From Candidatus Bathyarchaeota archaeon (GTDB lineage: Archaea; Thermoproteota; Bathyarchaeia; Bathyarchaeales; Bathycorpusculaceae), in the NCBI GenBank assembly GCA_963720565.1, contig CAVRFW010000009.1, positions 256,001 to 320,000 of the forward strand: DNA of 64,000 bases, given 5' to 3'. A model generated the notes under the pieces. The model was not told the origin of the DNA and did no database searches. It saw only the letters and a program-made list of their open reading frames with translations. Made by a program: the position numbers and the translations under genes. Below, piece after piece: positions 49,604 through 59,526 of this stretch (position 1 is its first letter; each line of letters begins with the position of its first letter).

Positions 49604-51726
49604 AGTTTGTTAGAAAACGTGATGGTAGGCTAGAAGCCTTCGATCAGGAACGCATAACTGCAGCTGTTTGGAAGGCTGCAAAGGCTGTCGGCGGAAAAGA
49701 TCGTGAGCAAGCCAGGATTATCAGCGACCAAGTCGTGGCTGAACTTGAGCAGCGATTCGGCGTTGACGGTTGCCCCACGGTTGAGGAAATTCAAGATTCT
49801 GTCGAAAAAATGCTCATCGAGAACGGTCGCGCTCAAACCGCCAAGGCGTATATCCTTTACCGCAAGCAGCATCAGGACATGCGTGAGTTAGCCGCGCTTT
49901 TGAGCTCTGCGGATTTGGTAGACCAATACTTGGAGATTGAAGATTGGCGTGTCAGAGAAAACAGCAACATGAGCTACTCGCTGCAGGGTTTGAACAACTA
50001 TCTATCTTCCACTGTAATTGCCAAATACTGGATTTCAAGGATTTATCCGTCAAAAATTGCGGAGTCGCACTTTTCAGGCGAGCTGCACATTCACGATTTA
50101 GGCGTATTAGGTCCCTACTGCGTAGGCTGGGACATAAGCGACCTGCTGCTTACAGGTTTCGGCGGCGTATCGGGCAAGATAGAGAGCAAACCCGCCAAGC
50201 ATTTCCGGACTGCACTAGGACAAATCGTTAACTTCTTCTATACGTTGCAGGGGGAAGCGGCAGGTGCCCAAGCATTCAGCAACTTCGATACCTACCTAGC
50301 ACCTTTCATACGCTATGACCACCTGACTCAGAGAGACGTGGAGCAGGCGCTTCAAGAGTTTTTCTTCAACATGAATGTGCCGACACGAGTTGGCTTCCAG
50401 ACACCGTTCACCAACCTGACTTTAGATTTAACAGTGCCGGACTTTATGAAAAACGAAGGCGTGCTATTCAACGGCAAAATCACCCAAGACACCTACGGTG
50501 ACATGACAGAAGAAATGAGAATGTTTAACATGGCTTTCGCAGAGGTCATGAGCCAAGGCGACTCCAAAGGCCGGGTTTTCACCTTCCCAATACCTACGTA
50601 CAACGTTACAAAAGACTTCAGCTGGGACTCAGACGTAACAAAAGCCATATTCGAAGTCACAGCCAAGTACGGCGTGCCCTACTTCTCGAACTTCGTGAAC
50701 AGCGATATGCATCCTGAGGACGTACGGAGTATGTGTTGTCGCCTTCGCATAGACAATCGTGAGCTTCGCAAACGAGGCGGCGGCTTCTTCGGTGCTAACC
50801 CCTTAACCGGCTCAATCGGCGTGGTGACTTTGAACATGCCTCGGGTAGGCTACTTGTCCAAAGATGAGGATGACTTCTTCCAGCGTCTAGAGCGACTCAT
50901 GGAAACCGCCAAAAGCAGTCTGGAAATCAAGCGCAAAGTGCTCGAGGCATTCACCGAGAGCGGCTTGTACCCGTACAGTCGACGTTACCTGAGGCACATA
51001 AAAGAAGGCTACGACAAATACTGGAAGAACCATTTCTCAACAATAGGCTTAGTCGGCATCAACGAGGCAGTCCTTAACCTCTTAGGCGTGAACATCGCCT
51101 CTCGAGATGGAAAAGAATTCGCAGTAAAAACTATTGGTTTTATGCGCAAGAAACTCGTCGAGTTCCAGGAAGAAACAGGCGACATCTACAATCTTGAGGC
51201 AACCCCTGCTGAAGGTACCGGTTATAGGCTGGCGCGAATCGATAAGCGCAAACATCCTCAAATCGTTGTAGCTAACGAGCGACTAGTACAGACGCAGCAT
51301 GCTGAACCTTTCTATACTAATAGCTCTCAATTGCCCGTAGACTTTGACGGCGACTTGTTTGAAGCTTTGGAGCATCAGGAAAGCCTTCAGACTCTTTACA
51401 CTGGCGGAACCGTGTTCCACATATTCCTCGGTGAACGGTTGCATTCGTGGCAGTCTGCAGCTGAGCTTATCCGCAAAGTGTCATCGAACTCTAGGCTCCC
51501 ATATTTCACATTAACACCAACGTTCAGCATTTGCTCTAGTCACGGATACACGAGCGGTGAGCACAAGCAATGCCCCATCTGCGGTTCCCAATGTGAAGTC
51601 TACTCTCGGGTAGTCGGCTATTTGCGTCCTGTGGATCAGTGGAACGATGGCAAACAGGCAGAATTCGCTGTACGCAAAACATTTGACAAATCCGTGGTGA
51701 TGACTGCCGCGCCGATGACTCCATGA
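49600..51726 (+). CDS. nrdD: class III anaerobic ribonucleoside-triphosphate reductase
   Basis: N-terminal ATP cone, HIHDL...PYCVG, RSMCCRL, EATPAEG, C-terminal CxxH/CxxC, glycyl-radical loop YSRVVGY. Confidence 0.95.
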   Translation: MKFVRKRDGRLEAFDQERITAAVWKAAKAVGGKDREQARIISDQVVAELEQRFGVDGCPTVEEIQDSVEKMLIENGRAQTAKAYILYRKQHQDMRELAALLSSADLVDQYLEIEDWRVRENSNMSYSLQGLNNYLSSTVIAKYWISRIYPSKIAESHFSGELHIHDLGVLGPYCVGWDISDLLLTGFGGVSGKIESKPAKHFRTALGQIVNFFYTLQGEAAGAQAFSNFDTYLAPFIRYDHLTQRDVEQALQEFFFNMNVPTRVGFQTPFTNLTLDLTVPDFMKNEGVLFNGKITQDTYGDMTEEMRMFNMAFAEVMSQGDSKGRVFTFPIPTYNVTKDFSWDSDVTKAIFEVTAKYGVPYFSNFVNSDMHPEDVRSMCCRLRIDNRELRKRGGGFFGANPLTGSIGVVTLNMPRVGYLSKDEDDFFQRLERLMETAKSSLEIKRKVLEAFTESGLYPYSRRYLRHIKEGYDKYWKNHFSTIGLVGINEAVLNLLGVNIASRDGKEFAVKTIGFMRKKLVEFQEETGDIYNLEATPAEGTGYRLARIDKRKHPQIVVANERLVQTQHAEPFYTNSSQLPVDFDGDLFEALEHQESLQTLYTGGTVFHIFLGERLHSWQSAAELIRKVSSNSRLPYFTLTPTFSICSSHGYTSGEHKQCPICGSQCEVYSRVVGYLRPVDQWNDGKQAEFAVRKTFDKSVVMTAAPMTP

Positions 51727-52415
51727 GCGGTGAAGACATGAAGTTTAGCGGCTTACAAAAAATAAGCCTAGTTGACTATCCGAATAAAGTAGCCTCGGTG
51801 CTTTACACACCAGGTTGCAACCTGCGTTGTCCATTTTGTCACAACTGGCGAATCGCTGTTGATCCAAAACCTCCTTTTCTACAGGAAGCTGTTGCTCTGG
51901 AGATTCTTGGCGCCAGAAAGAAATACGTTGACGCCGTGGTAGTCTCGGGCGGAGAACCGACGATGCATAAGGAATTACCGAAGTTCCTGGCAAAGCTGAA
52001 GGAGAAGGGTTTTCAGGTAAAGTTGGACACAAACGGATTTTATCCCGAAGTACTTGAAGAGTGCTTGCCCTACGTGGACTATGTGGCTTTGGACGTGAAA
52101 ACCTCTCTGGAAAAATACAGCCTCCTTGGGGCAGAAAACACTGCTGGATTCCAGCGCGCTGTTGAGATGCTCAAGACGGGAAAAGTGGAATATGAGTTCA
52201 GAACGACTGTAGTTCCGGAATTCGTGACAGCAGAGGACGTTGTATGTATCGGGGAGATAGCTAAAGGCGCAAAGATCCTTGCCTTCCAGCAATTCGTGCC
52301 CCATGATACACTTGACAAACGCTTTGAAAATATGCAACCATATGCGCCGGAAACAATCAAAGAATTCGCCGAAACAATGAAGAAATACACAGAAAACATA
52401 GTGCTCAGAGTCTGA
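51723..52415 (+). CDS. nrdG: anaerobic RNR activating radical-SAM protein
   Basis: CNLRCPFCHN, SGGEP, LDTNG, EFRTT. Confidence 0.93.
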   Translation: MSGEDMKFSGLQKISLVDYPNKVASVLYTPGCNLRCPFCHNWRIAVDPKPPFLQEAVALEILGARKKYVDAVVVSGGEPTMHKELPKFLAKLKEKGFQVKLDTNGFYPEVLEECLPYVDYVALDVKTSLEKYSLLGAENTAGFQRAVEMLKTGKVEYEFRTTVVPEFVTAEDVVCIGEIAKGAKILAFQQFVPHDTLDKRFENMQPYAPETIKEFAETMKKYTENIVLRV

Positions 52416-52542
52416 CTTCTGCCGAACCTTCTAACCTCTAACGCTGCAATAATGGAAATCGCTCAAGCAATATTTTTCTAGCCTTGGCACACGCAGGAAA
52501 AAAGGAGAAGTCTATCTCATTGTGTTTCTGCTTCTTGTATAG

Positions 52543-52689
52543 TTACATATCTCTTCCGAGAACGTGAATACCGCTGGTGTTTGCATCTATTGAACAACCG
52601 CACTCGGGACAAATATGAATATCAAGATCGGCGTCCATTTCAAACTGAGGTTCAATTAGTTTTCCACAATTTTTGCATTTTGTTGACAT
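52543..52689 (-). CDS. small zinc-ribbon protein (48 aa)
   Basis: CKNCG...CPECG. Confidence 0.55.
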   Translation of the reverse strand: MSTKCKNCGKLIEPQFEMDADLDIHICPECGCSIDANTSGIHVLGRDM

Positions 52690-52917
52690 TCTGAGTCCAC
52701 ATCGTTTCTTGTAACTTAATATACACGCTATAGCTCCGAAGAATAACAATACGCGAGATTTAAACTTCGTGGAGCGCACGTTCATAGATGTTGCCGGATG
52801 TTACTGTGGTAAGGACCCCAACCCATGGGAGAGTAGCCAACGCCCTACAGGAAAGTACTAGCTGAACAAACATGCGGGCTCATACAAACAGAAGGGGTTT
52901 TGAATGTTTTTTGCGCC

Positions 52918-53490
52918 TTAGAAAACGTCTAAAGAATCAGTAAGCTCACACTGTAAGTTTGATTTCACTTTGCTCCGTAGCCGAATCGTGAAGGCTGCAA
53001 TCAAGGTTGCTAAGGCAGATATGCCGAGAGCAATCCATAACGCATTGGTCGCTAGCTGAAAGCCTATTCCTGGGCTAAAGACATCAGAGGTTGTGAAACT
53101 CCAGGATACCGGCACGTTCATGATTGACACTGATACGGTGTAGAAAGTGGCAGGTTCTAGTGGTTGAGCAGGATAAAACTTGTTCAGGTACGTGAGAGGT
53201 CCTGAATTTTCGCTATCTAAACGCGCGATGGACACATGGGGTGTTATCTGGAAGTCTGTTAGCGACACGGAAGTTAACGCATCGATGATTATTGTGGTGT
53301 CTAGGGAAATGCCAGTTGAATTGGGTGGCGGACCCACCTTGACTCCCATACCGTTAACTTCTAGAGTGTAAATAGGAGGCGTTGAGTACGCAGACTGTGA
53401 GAAGAAAATCGCAAGAAACAATGTAAGAAATGATACAGAGAAAATGAGCGCGAGAAACAAAAACAAATGCAGTTTCTTGAATGGCGACAC
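52918..53490 (-). CDS. membrane-anchored protein with a probable Ig-like domain
   Basis: N- and C-terminal TM; P..PLEPATFYTV...SWSFTT motif typical of SbsA/Big_5-like domains. Confidence 0.6.
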   Translation of the reverse strand: MSPFKKLHLFLFLALIFSVSFLTLFLAIFFSQSAYSTPPIYTLEVNGMGVKVGPPPNSTGISLDTTIIIDALTSVSLTDFQITPHVSIARLDSENSGPLTYLNKFYPAQPLEPATFYTVSVSIMNVPVSWSFTTSDVFSPGIGFQLATNALWIALGISALATLIAAFTIRLRSKVKSNLQCELTDSLDVF

Positions 53491-53997
53491 TACAGTTCAC
53501 CCTAATTTATTTGCTGTCTTTCAAAATTAAATGTTTTAGCTATTTAATCCCAAATCCAAAGGTTCCTTGATAAAACAAGGCGATTCCATATAGCTAATAG
53601 GGCAATAATTCTTAGCGTTCGCTATTTCTCTCATGATTTGCTACTTAACAAACCTCTCACATAGGCCAAAAGCGAGTCTAGCTCAGCAACTATTTCTCTG
53701 TGTGACATTGCCTTCCACTTTGTCAATCTAGATGTCACTGTGCAAAGCGGCAGGCTTGAGAATGTGAATGACAGTTGTGCCTTCTCTAAAATGTGAGTTG
53801 TATGGTTGGCTGTCGGCGAAGAAGAATTCATTCCTCGCTTCCGAGAACTTTAAATTCATGGAACCAAGCAGTTGATACAGCTTAAATATACTGAGGCAGA
53901 AAGTCGCTTGCCCAACATTGTTGCGGACTGCATGAACAAAATAAGGCATCGGGAGATTTCGCCAATAGAAGCCAGTTTGGCTAAAGGAGATTAATCC

Positions 53998-54684
53998 TTG
54001 GCCGTCTTCTTATATAGCATTGTAGGAAGCGTAAGCATAGGTGTTTACTCCCTTGCTACTGACAAGTTTGTGATGATTCCGAAGATGGTTCCGCAGGAAA
54101 AGGCCGAACTAGCAGCTGAATGGCTAAAAGCGAGACTAATCCACACAAGCATCAGCGGTTCCGTGCTGACTGGCGCATTTGTCTGTGCGAACTCCAATGG
54201 CATCTTGCTTCCCAACTCCATCCGCGGAGAAGAACTATCAGCGATTGAATCCTGCTTCGAAGGCAACATCATGGTAATGGAAACTAAGAAAAATGCATAT
54301 GGAAATCTAGTTTTGGCAAACGATCGCGGTGCACTCGTTGACCCGCGCTTTAAGAAGCATGAAATAAACCAAATCGCAGAGACACTGAATGTTAATGCTG
54401 TTCCGGGCGAGATTGCGGGTTTGCCGTACGTGGGTTCACTGGCAGTCGCAACGAACAAGGGCGTGTTGGCTCATCCCTTGCTGAAGGATACTGAACGAAA
54501 GATTATTGAAGACGTCTTAAAGGTTCCAGTCGACGTAGGCACAATCAACTGTGGTATCCCTTATGTTGGAACAGGTCTAATTGCAAATTCACATGCTGCA
54601 GTGGCTGGTTCTATGACAACTGGACCCGAGATGTTTATAATTGGGAACGCATTGGATGTTGTGCAGGATGATGATTTAGATTGA
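53998..54684 (+). CDS. eif6: translation initiation factor 6
   Basis: IGVY, ANSNG, GNLVLANDRGA, GTINCG, TTGPE. Confidence 0.95.
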   Translation: MAVFLYSIVGSVSIGVYSLATDKFVMIPKMVPQEKAELAAEWLKARLIHTSISGSVLTGAFVCANSNGILLPNSIRGEELSAIESCFEGNIMVMETKKNAYGNLVLANDRGALVDPRFKKHEINQIAETLNVNAVPGEIAGLPYVGSLAVATNKGVLAHPLLKDTERKIIEDVLKVPVDVGTINCGIPYVGTGLIANSHAAVAGSMTTGPEMFIIGNALDVVQDDDLD

Positions 54685-54908
54685 AGGTTTTCAAAGTAAC
54701 CGGCGAAATCAGCAAACCAAATCTGAGGACGCCCTTCTCAAAAGAAGTCTTAGTTGAAAAATCAGAACATGCAGCAGAGAAGGTTTATGCTGAAATAGGT
54801 AGCAAACACCGCGTGAAAAGGCACCACATCAAAATACTAAACATAGCAGAAGTCTCACCTGAGCAAATCGAGAACCCGATCTTGAAGAAAATCGTTGTTG
54901 GGGAATAA
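54681..54908 (+). CDS. rpl18a: 50S ribosomal protein L18Ae/LX
   Basis: EKVYAEIGSKHRVKR; position after eif6. Confidence 0.93.
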   Translation: MKVFKVTGEISKPNLRTPFSKEVLVEKSEHAAEKVYAEIGSKHRVKRHHIKILNIAEVSPEQIENPILKKIVVGE

Positions 54909-54911
54909 ATC

Positions 54912-55364
54912 TTGGCTGCTATGGGAAAAGAGGAAGAAGAACTTCGCAAACTCAGCATAGAAATGCGTTATCTTGAGCAGACCGCTGAGGCACTTCAACA
55001 GCGAATAAACATGCTGAACGCAGCAATTGCTGACTTAACTTACGCCAACATGACCCTCTCAGGTATAGAAAAAGAGAAAGAGAATGCCGAGCTACTTGTT
55101 CCGATAGGAGGTGGCTCGTACATCAAAGTGAAGCTTTCCGAGTCAGATAAGGTGATTATCGGCATTGGCTCAGGCGTATCCGTTGACAAAACGATGCCCG
55201 AGGCAAAGAGCATAGTTAAAGAACGCTTGGAAGAATTGGAGAAGACCATGGTTTCGGCACAACAGCAATTCGGGCAGGTTGCCGAAAGAATTAACACTGG
55301 CAGGAATAGGCTTGAAAAGTTGCTTGCTTCGGTGAGAGAGGGGAAAGCTCCGAGCAATGTTTGA
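54912..55364 (+). CDS. pfdA: prefoldin alpha subunit
   Basis: Coiled coils flanking ELLVPIGGGSY...IGIGSG. Confidence 0.93.
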   Translation: MAAMGKEEEELRKLSIEMRYLEQTAEALQQRINMLNAAIADLTYANMTLSGIEKEKENAELLVPIGGGSYIKVKLSESDKVIIGIGSGVSVDKTMPEAKSIVKERLEELEKTMVSAQQQFGQVAERINTGRNRLEKLLASVREGKAPSNV

Positions 55365-56262
55365 CAGGCTCAAGTCAGGACTGAAAGGACTCGTAAACAA
55401 GGTAACTACAACCGAACTGAAGGCGGACAACTTACGTCCCATCTTAGCAGATTTTAAATTGACTCTTGCTGAGAACGATGTGGCGTTTCCAGTTGCCGAC
55501 AGGATATGTGATGAACTCGAGAAGCGCTTGACTGGAGTGCAAGTAAAGCGTTTGGAAGACCGCAAGAAAATAGTTGAAGATAACTTGCGTCAAGTTCTTC
55601 TAGAAGTCATGCTTACTGAAAAGGGAATTGATTTGTTGGACCGCGCAGCAGAAAAACGGGCTAAGAAGGAGCCTCTTGTACTGCTATTCGTGGGAATAAA
55701 TGGCACAGGAAAAACAACCACCATAGCCAAGGTCGCCCAATTCTTCAAAGACAAAAAATACTCGGTTGTACTTGCAGCTAGCGACACGTACCGCGCAGGC
55801 TCTATTGAACAGTTGGATGAACATGCAAAACGCTTGGGTTTGCGAATCATAAAGGGAGTCTATGGCGGAGACCCTGCCGCAGTAGCCTATGACGCAGTCA
55901 GCCACGCAAAATCACATGGCACAAATATAGTTTTGGTAGACACTGCTGGACGTATGCAAACTAACCAGAATTTGATGAACGAGCTGCAAAAAATCAAGCG
56001 AGTTGTGCATCCTGATATTACAGTATTCACTGTGGATTCGCTTATCGGCAATGACGCGGTAACACAAGCAGAAGAATTCAATAATAGCATAGGCATAGAC
56101 GCAACCATACTAACAAAGGTCGACGCAGACATTAAAGGTGGGTCAGCGCTGAGCGTCACTTACGTGACTCAGAAACCCATTCTGTTCATCGGTGTCGGGC
56201 AAACCTACAGCGATTTGGAACTATTCGAACCTGAAAAGTTCGTCAAGATGGTTCTGAGATAG
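55357..56262 (+). CDS. ftsY: SRP receptor FtsY
   Basis: GINGTGKTT, DTYRAG, DTAGR, TKVD, GG.ALS, GVGQ.Y.DL. Confidence 0.96.
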   Translation: MFDRLKSGLKGLVNKVTTTELKADNLRPILADFKLTLAENDVAFPVADRICDELEKRLTGVQVKRLEDRKKIVEDNLRQVLLEVMLTEKGIDLLDRAAEKRAKKEPLVLLFVGINGTGKTTTIAKVAQFFKDKKYSVVLAASDTYRAGSIEQLDEHAKRLGLRIIKGVYGGDPAAVAYDAVSHAKSHGTNIVLVDTAGRMQTNQNLMNELQKIKRVVHPDITVFTVDSLIGNDAVTQAEEFNNSIGIDATILTKVDADIKGGSALSVTYVTQKPILFIGVGQTYSDLELFEPEKFVKMVLR

Positions 56263-56617
56263 AATTCACGCTGATTTAGCGTAATAGCAGTTCAAACCTT
56301 AGTATTGACAAATAGAGACTGATAGTCCAACAAAACTGAAATGGTTTTTTTCGCCTCCTCGTTTAACGCCGAAGCATGGAAATTAAGACTGAAAATCCCT
56401 CAACAAAACGGTAGACAATTTGTGCGTAATAGAGAAATAGCACCCCAGCCAGGAGGCATTCTTTGTCCTTTTCGACATAAATGTTTAAAAACGATATTGC
56501 GACTAGCCTATCTTGTGGGGAGAAATGGGAGTCTCACGAGGCAGAAGAGCAAGCGAACAAACCCTCGTTCGAACCATCGTCGTTCTGATACGCAATACGA
56601 CATGGCGATGCGGCAAA

Positions 56618-56800
56618 CTTGAAAAATCTATTGTTAAGCACCTCTATAAGCGTACTACGAATTTAGGAAAGACAGACGTCTCAGTTGGAGACATCATTCA
56701 AAACTTGGATCTCAAAGGACAGAGAAAAGACGAGTGCCTTGATGCTATCAAACGACTAGAGAAAAGGAATATAGTGAAACTATTCATTCTTCCATTGTAA
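56618..56800 (+). CDS. small hypothetical, possibly wHTH-like protein
   Basis: CLDAIKRLEKRNIV helix pattern; start uncertain (ORF open from 56513). Confidence 0.4.
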   Translation, partial: LEKSIVKHLYKRTTNLGKTDVSVGDIIQNLDLKGQRKDECLDAIKRLEKRNIVKLFILPL

Positions 56801-56909
56801 GTCTGGATTTCGTTAATTCGGCAAATCTCCAGTTTCAATCTGACTATCTCTTCACAATAGTCTAATCTACTTTTGAGATTTTTCTGGCTTCTTTTGGGTT
56901 TTCGGTGGT

Positions 56910-58289
56910 TCATCTTAAGAGCTGTTGTTCTTTGGGAGGCTGTTTTATTAGATTGTGTTTCATTAGAAGCTCTGTTGACTTTCTTGCGTTTTGGATTATG
57001 TCTGAGGCTCGCTGGAAAAGTTCTTGTCGGCTAGGCTTCACTCTTGCTACTCCTTGCTCAATCGACTTTAAGGCGCAAGCCACCGCTTCTCTCGGAAACA
57101 CCTCCCACTCTTCCATTCTTGGCAAGATGTCTTTTTCGTTAATACCTCGTTCCTCAGCGAATCTTGCCAGCTCTTGCGCAGCGGCGATGCACATGTCGTC
57201 CGTGACTGTTTTTGCCTTAACATCTAGTACTCCCCGGAATATGCCCGGGAACCCCAGACTGTTGTTAACCTGATTTGGAAAATCACTTCTGCCAGTTGCC
57301 ACGACAAGTGCTCCTGCTTCTTCCGCTTCCCAAGGCCATATTTCCGGTATGGGGTTTGCGCAGGCGAAGAGTATGGCTCTATCTGCCATTTTCTTAATCC
57401 AATCTTTTTTTATTGTGTCTGGACCTGGTTTCGATGCGGCGACAACTGCGTCTGCCCCCTCGAAAGCTGCTGAAATTTCACCTGTTCTGTCTTCACCATT
57501 GGTTTTGTGGGCTAAATCGTATTTCCACGGGTCTTCTTCCCTGTTTATGTCTTTTCTACCTGCATGCAGTACTCCTTTGGTGTCTGCCATGATTATGTTG
57601 CCCGGCTTTATTCCCCATTTCATCAGCACGTATGCTGTGCGTATGTTAGCTGCACCTGTACCGATCAGTGTTATCATACTCTCGCGGGGTTTCTTGCCTG
57701 CGATTTTCAGAGCGTTAATTAGACCTGCAAGAATCACTGTCGCAGTTCCTTGTTGGTCATCATGCCAAACAGGAATGCGCAGTTTTTCTCTTGTCTTTTC
57801 AAGAACAGTGAAGCACTTGGGCTTCTCTATATCCTCTAGATTTATTCCACCAAATGTCGGTTCAAGAAGCTCGCATGTACGAACTATTTCTTCTGGGTTT
57901 TTTGTATTTAGGCATATTGGAAAGGCATCCACGCCGCCCAGATACTTGAACAGAAGTGCTTTTCCCTCCATCACAGGCATCGCTGCCTCTGGTCCGATAT
58001 CGCCTAAACCCAGAACGCGGGTGCCGTCCGTGACTACGGCGACATAGTTCCATCGGTTTGTAAGCTCAAAGGATTTTTCTGGATCGGCTTGGATTATCTT
58101 GCATGGCGCTGCCACTCCAGGAGTGTACCAGACAGCAAAGTCGTCGGTGCTGGTAATGGCGCATTTAGGCATAACTTGTACTTTTCCTTCGTAGAACCTG
58201 TGCATAGGAGGTGATAGTAATGCGGGTTTTTTTGCTTTGGCAATTAGCTCTTCTACAGTGGTTTTTGTTTCTCTCTTCTTAGCGGTCAA
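56910..58289 (-). CDS. NAD(P)-dependent malic enzyme
   Basis: YTPGVA, TDGT.VLGLGDIG, PVMEGK, INLEDI, HDDQQGT, ANP.PEI, TGRSDFPNQVNN. Confidence 0.95.
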   Translation of the reverse strand: MTAKKRETKTTVEELIAKAKKPALLSPPMHRFYEGKVQVMPKCAITSTDDFAVWYTPGVAAPCKIIQADPEKSFELTNRWNYVAVVTDGTRVLGLGDIGPEAAMPVMEGKALLFKYLGGVDAFPICLNTKNPEEIVRTCELLEPTFGGINLEDIEKPKCFTVLEKTREKLRIPVWHDDQQGTATVILAGLINALKIAGKKPRESMITLIGTGAANIRTAYVLMKWGIKPGNIIMADTKGVLHAGRKDINREEDPWKYDLAHKTNGEDRTGEISAAFEGADAVVAASKPGPDTIKKDWIKKMADRAILFACANPIPEIWPWEAEEAGALVVATGRSDFPNQVNNSLGFPGIFRGVLDVKAKTVTDDMCIAAAQELARFAEERGINEKDILPRMEEWEVFPREAVACALKSIEQGVARVKPSRQELFQRASDIIQNARKSTELLMKHNLIKQPPKEQQLLR

Positions 58290-58564
58290 GACAACTAAGC
58301 TCCTTGTTCGTTAAGGAAATATCGTGAGATGTTTTAACTTTTTGCATTCAAAAACACGTGGTTCTGTATTTAGATAAAACTGAATAGGCAACGTTTTTTA
58401 ACATTAGTCAAGCCCGACAAGAAACATCCAAATCATGCAGGCAGCAAACAAATGTTGCGGAAAAAGGGCAGTTGCCAATAATGATGAGAAGGAAAAAATA
58501 GACTAATTTAAAAATGGAAATAATAAAAAAGCGAAGAAAAAAGGTTCTTGTAATAGTTTTAGAG

Positions 58565-59122
58565 CTAGTATGACCTTTGCCTGTCTCTGTAGCCGCCACT
58601 GCCACGTCGGTCTCTTCCACCGCCATAGCCGCCGCCACCACGTCCGCCACCGTAGCCACCGCCACCGTAACCACCGCCGCCTCTTCCGCCGCCGTAACCG
58701 CCACTACGTCTGAATGGTCTGCGTTCTTGTTCGTATGCTTTGCTTGACACGTTGTTTTCAGTGTTAACTTCGCCTTCCAAAGGTTCTTTTGCCATTTCCA
58801 TTTTGCCGTACTTGCCAATGTTTAGTCGCATGTTGCCTTTGAAGAGTGTCACATAACCGTTTTCAATTCGCACAGTGTCATTTTCATTGATTTTTTCAAT
58901 GTTGTCGTCCCACAGGGTCAAATATACAGCGCCTGTTTCGTCGCCTACAAGTGCATCGCACACCTTGTGTGGAGATCCATCTCTCCCCAGAGGAATTTCT
59001 CGGATTTCGCTTTTGCTGACAACTTTTGCCGTGACGTTAACCGCTCTTGATTGCGGGGTTAACTCGCCGACTTTAGCTTCTACAGGTTGCCTTTTGTTTT
59101 CGAAAAAACCTTCAACAGCCAA
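58565..59122 (-). CDS. ssb: single-OB-fold single-stranded DNA-binding protein with Gly/Arg/Tyr-rich tail
   Basis: VNVTAKV...VGDETG...TLW...IENGY..LFKG.MRLNIGKYG; GGYGGGRGG repeats. Confidence 0.85.
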   Translation of the reverse strand: MAVEGFFENKRQPVEAKVGELTPQSRAVNVTAKVVSKSEIREIPLGRDGSPHKVCDALVGDETGAVYLTLWDDNIEKINENDTVRIENGYVTLFKGNMRLNIGKYGKMEMAKEPLEGEVNTENNVSSKAYEQERRPFRRSGGYGGGRGGGGYGGGGYGGGRGGGGYGGGRDRRGSGGYRDRQRSY

Positions 59123-59355
59123 TCTAATTCAACACACCTATTTTATTAGTGACAGAGAGTAGAATCCCAGCAACACTTAAGGTTTTCGCTATCTTAAGCC
59201 TCTGCGAAATCTGTTTCTCATTGTTTTCCTCACTAAAACAGGTTGTTTATGACATAGAGAACGCCACGTCGTTTTCTCAGAGAATCGCTTTAGAGTCAGA
59301 AAATCTATTAAGAACCAGAATCTCTCAAGGTTACTGAAAACTGGTCGAAAACCTA

Positions 59356-59526
59356 ATGCCGGAGAAAAAAGAAGTCAAAGAGGAAAAGACAGTAACACTG
59401 CCTTGCGGGTGTGTTTACCAAGACTTAGGCTGGATGCTAACAAGAACTAAAGAATGTGAACATCACAAACGAAGACGAACTGCAAAACGACCCTACCGCC
59501 CTAAAGCTGAATGCGTGAGACCGTAG
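59356..59526 (+). CDS. 56-aa basic protein with CGC...CEHH (absent from the ORF track)
   Basis: Hand translation MPEKKEVKEEKTVTLPCGCVYQDLGWMLTRTKECEHHKRRRTAKRPYRPKAECVRP*. Confidence 0.4.
   Translation: MPEKKEVKEEKTVTLPCGCVYQDLGWMLTRTKECEHHKRRRTAKRPYRPKAECVRP

Noticed and set aside
53500..53997. Short minus-strand ORFs (53631..53831, 53728..53949) upstream of eif6
   Set aside because: No motifs or convincing start signals; probably non-coding promoter region.
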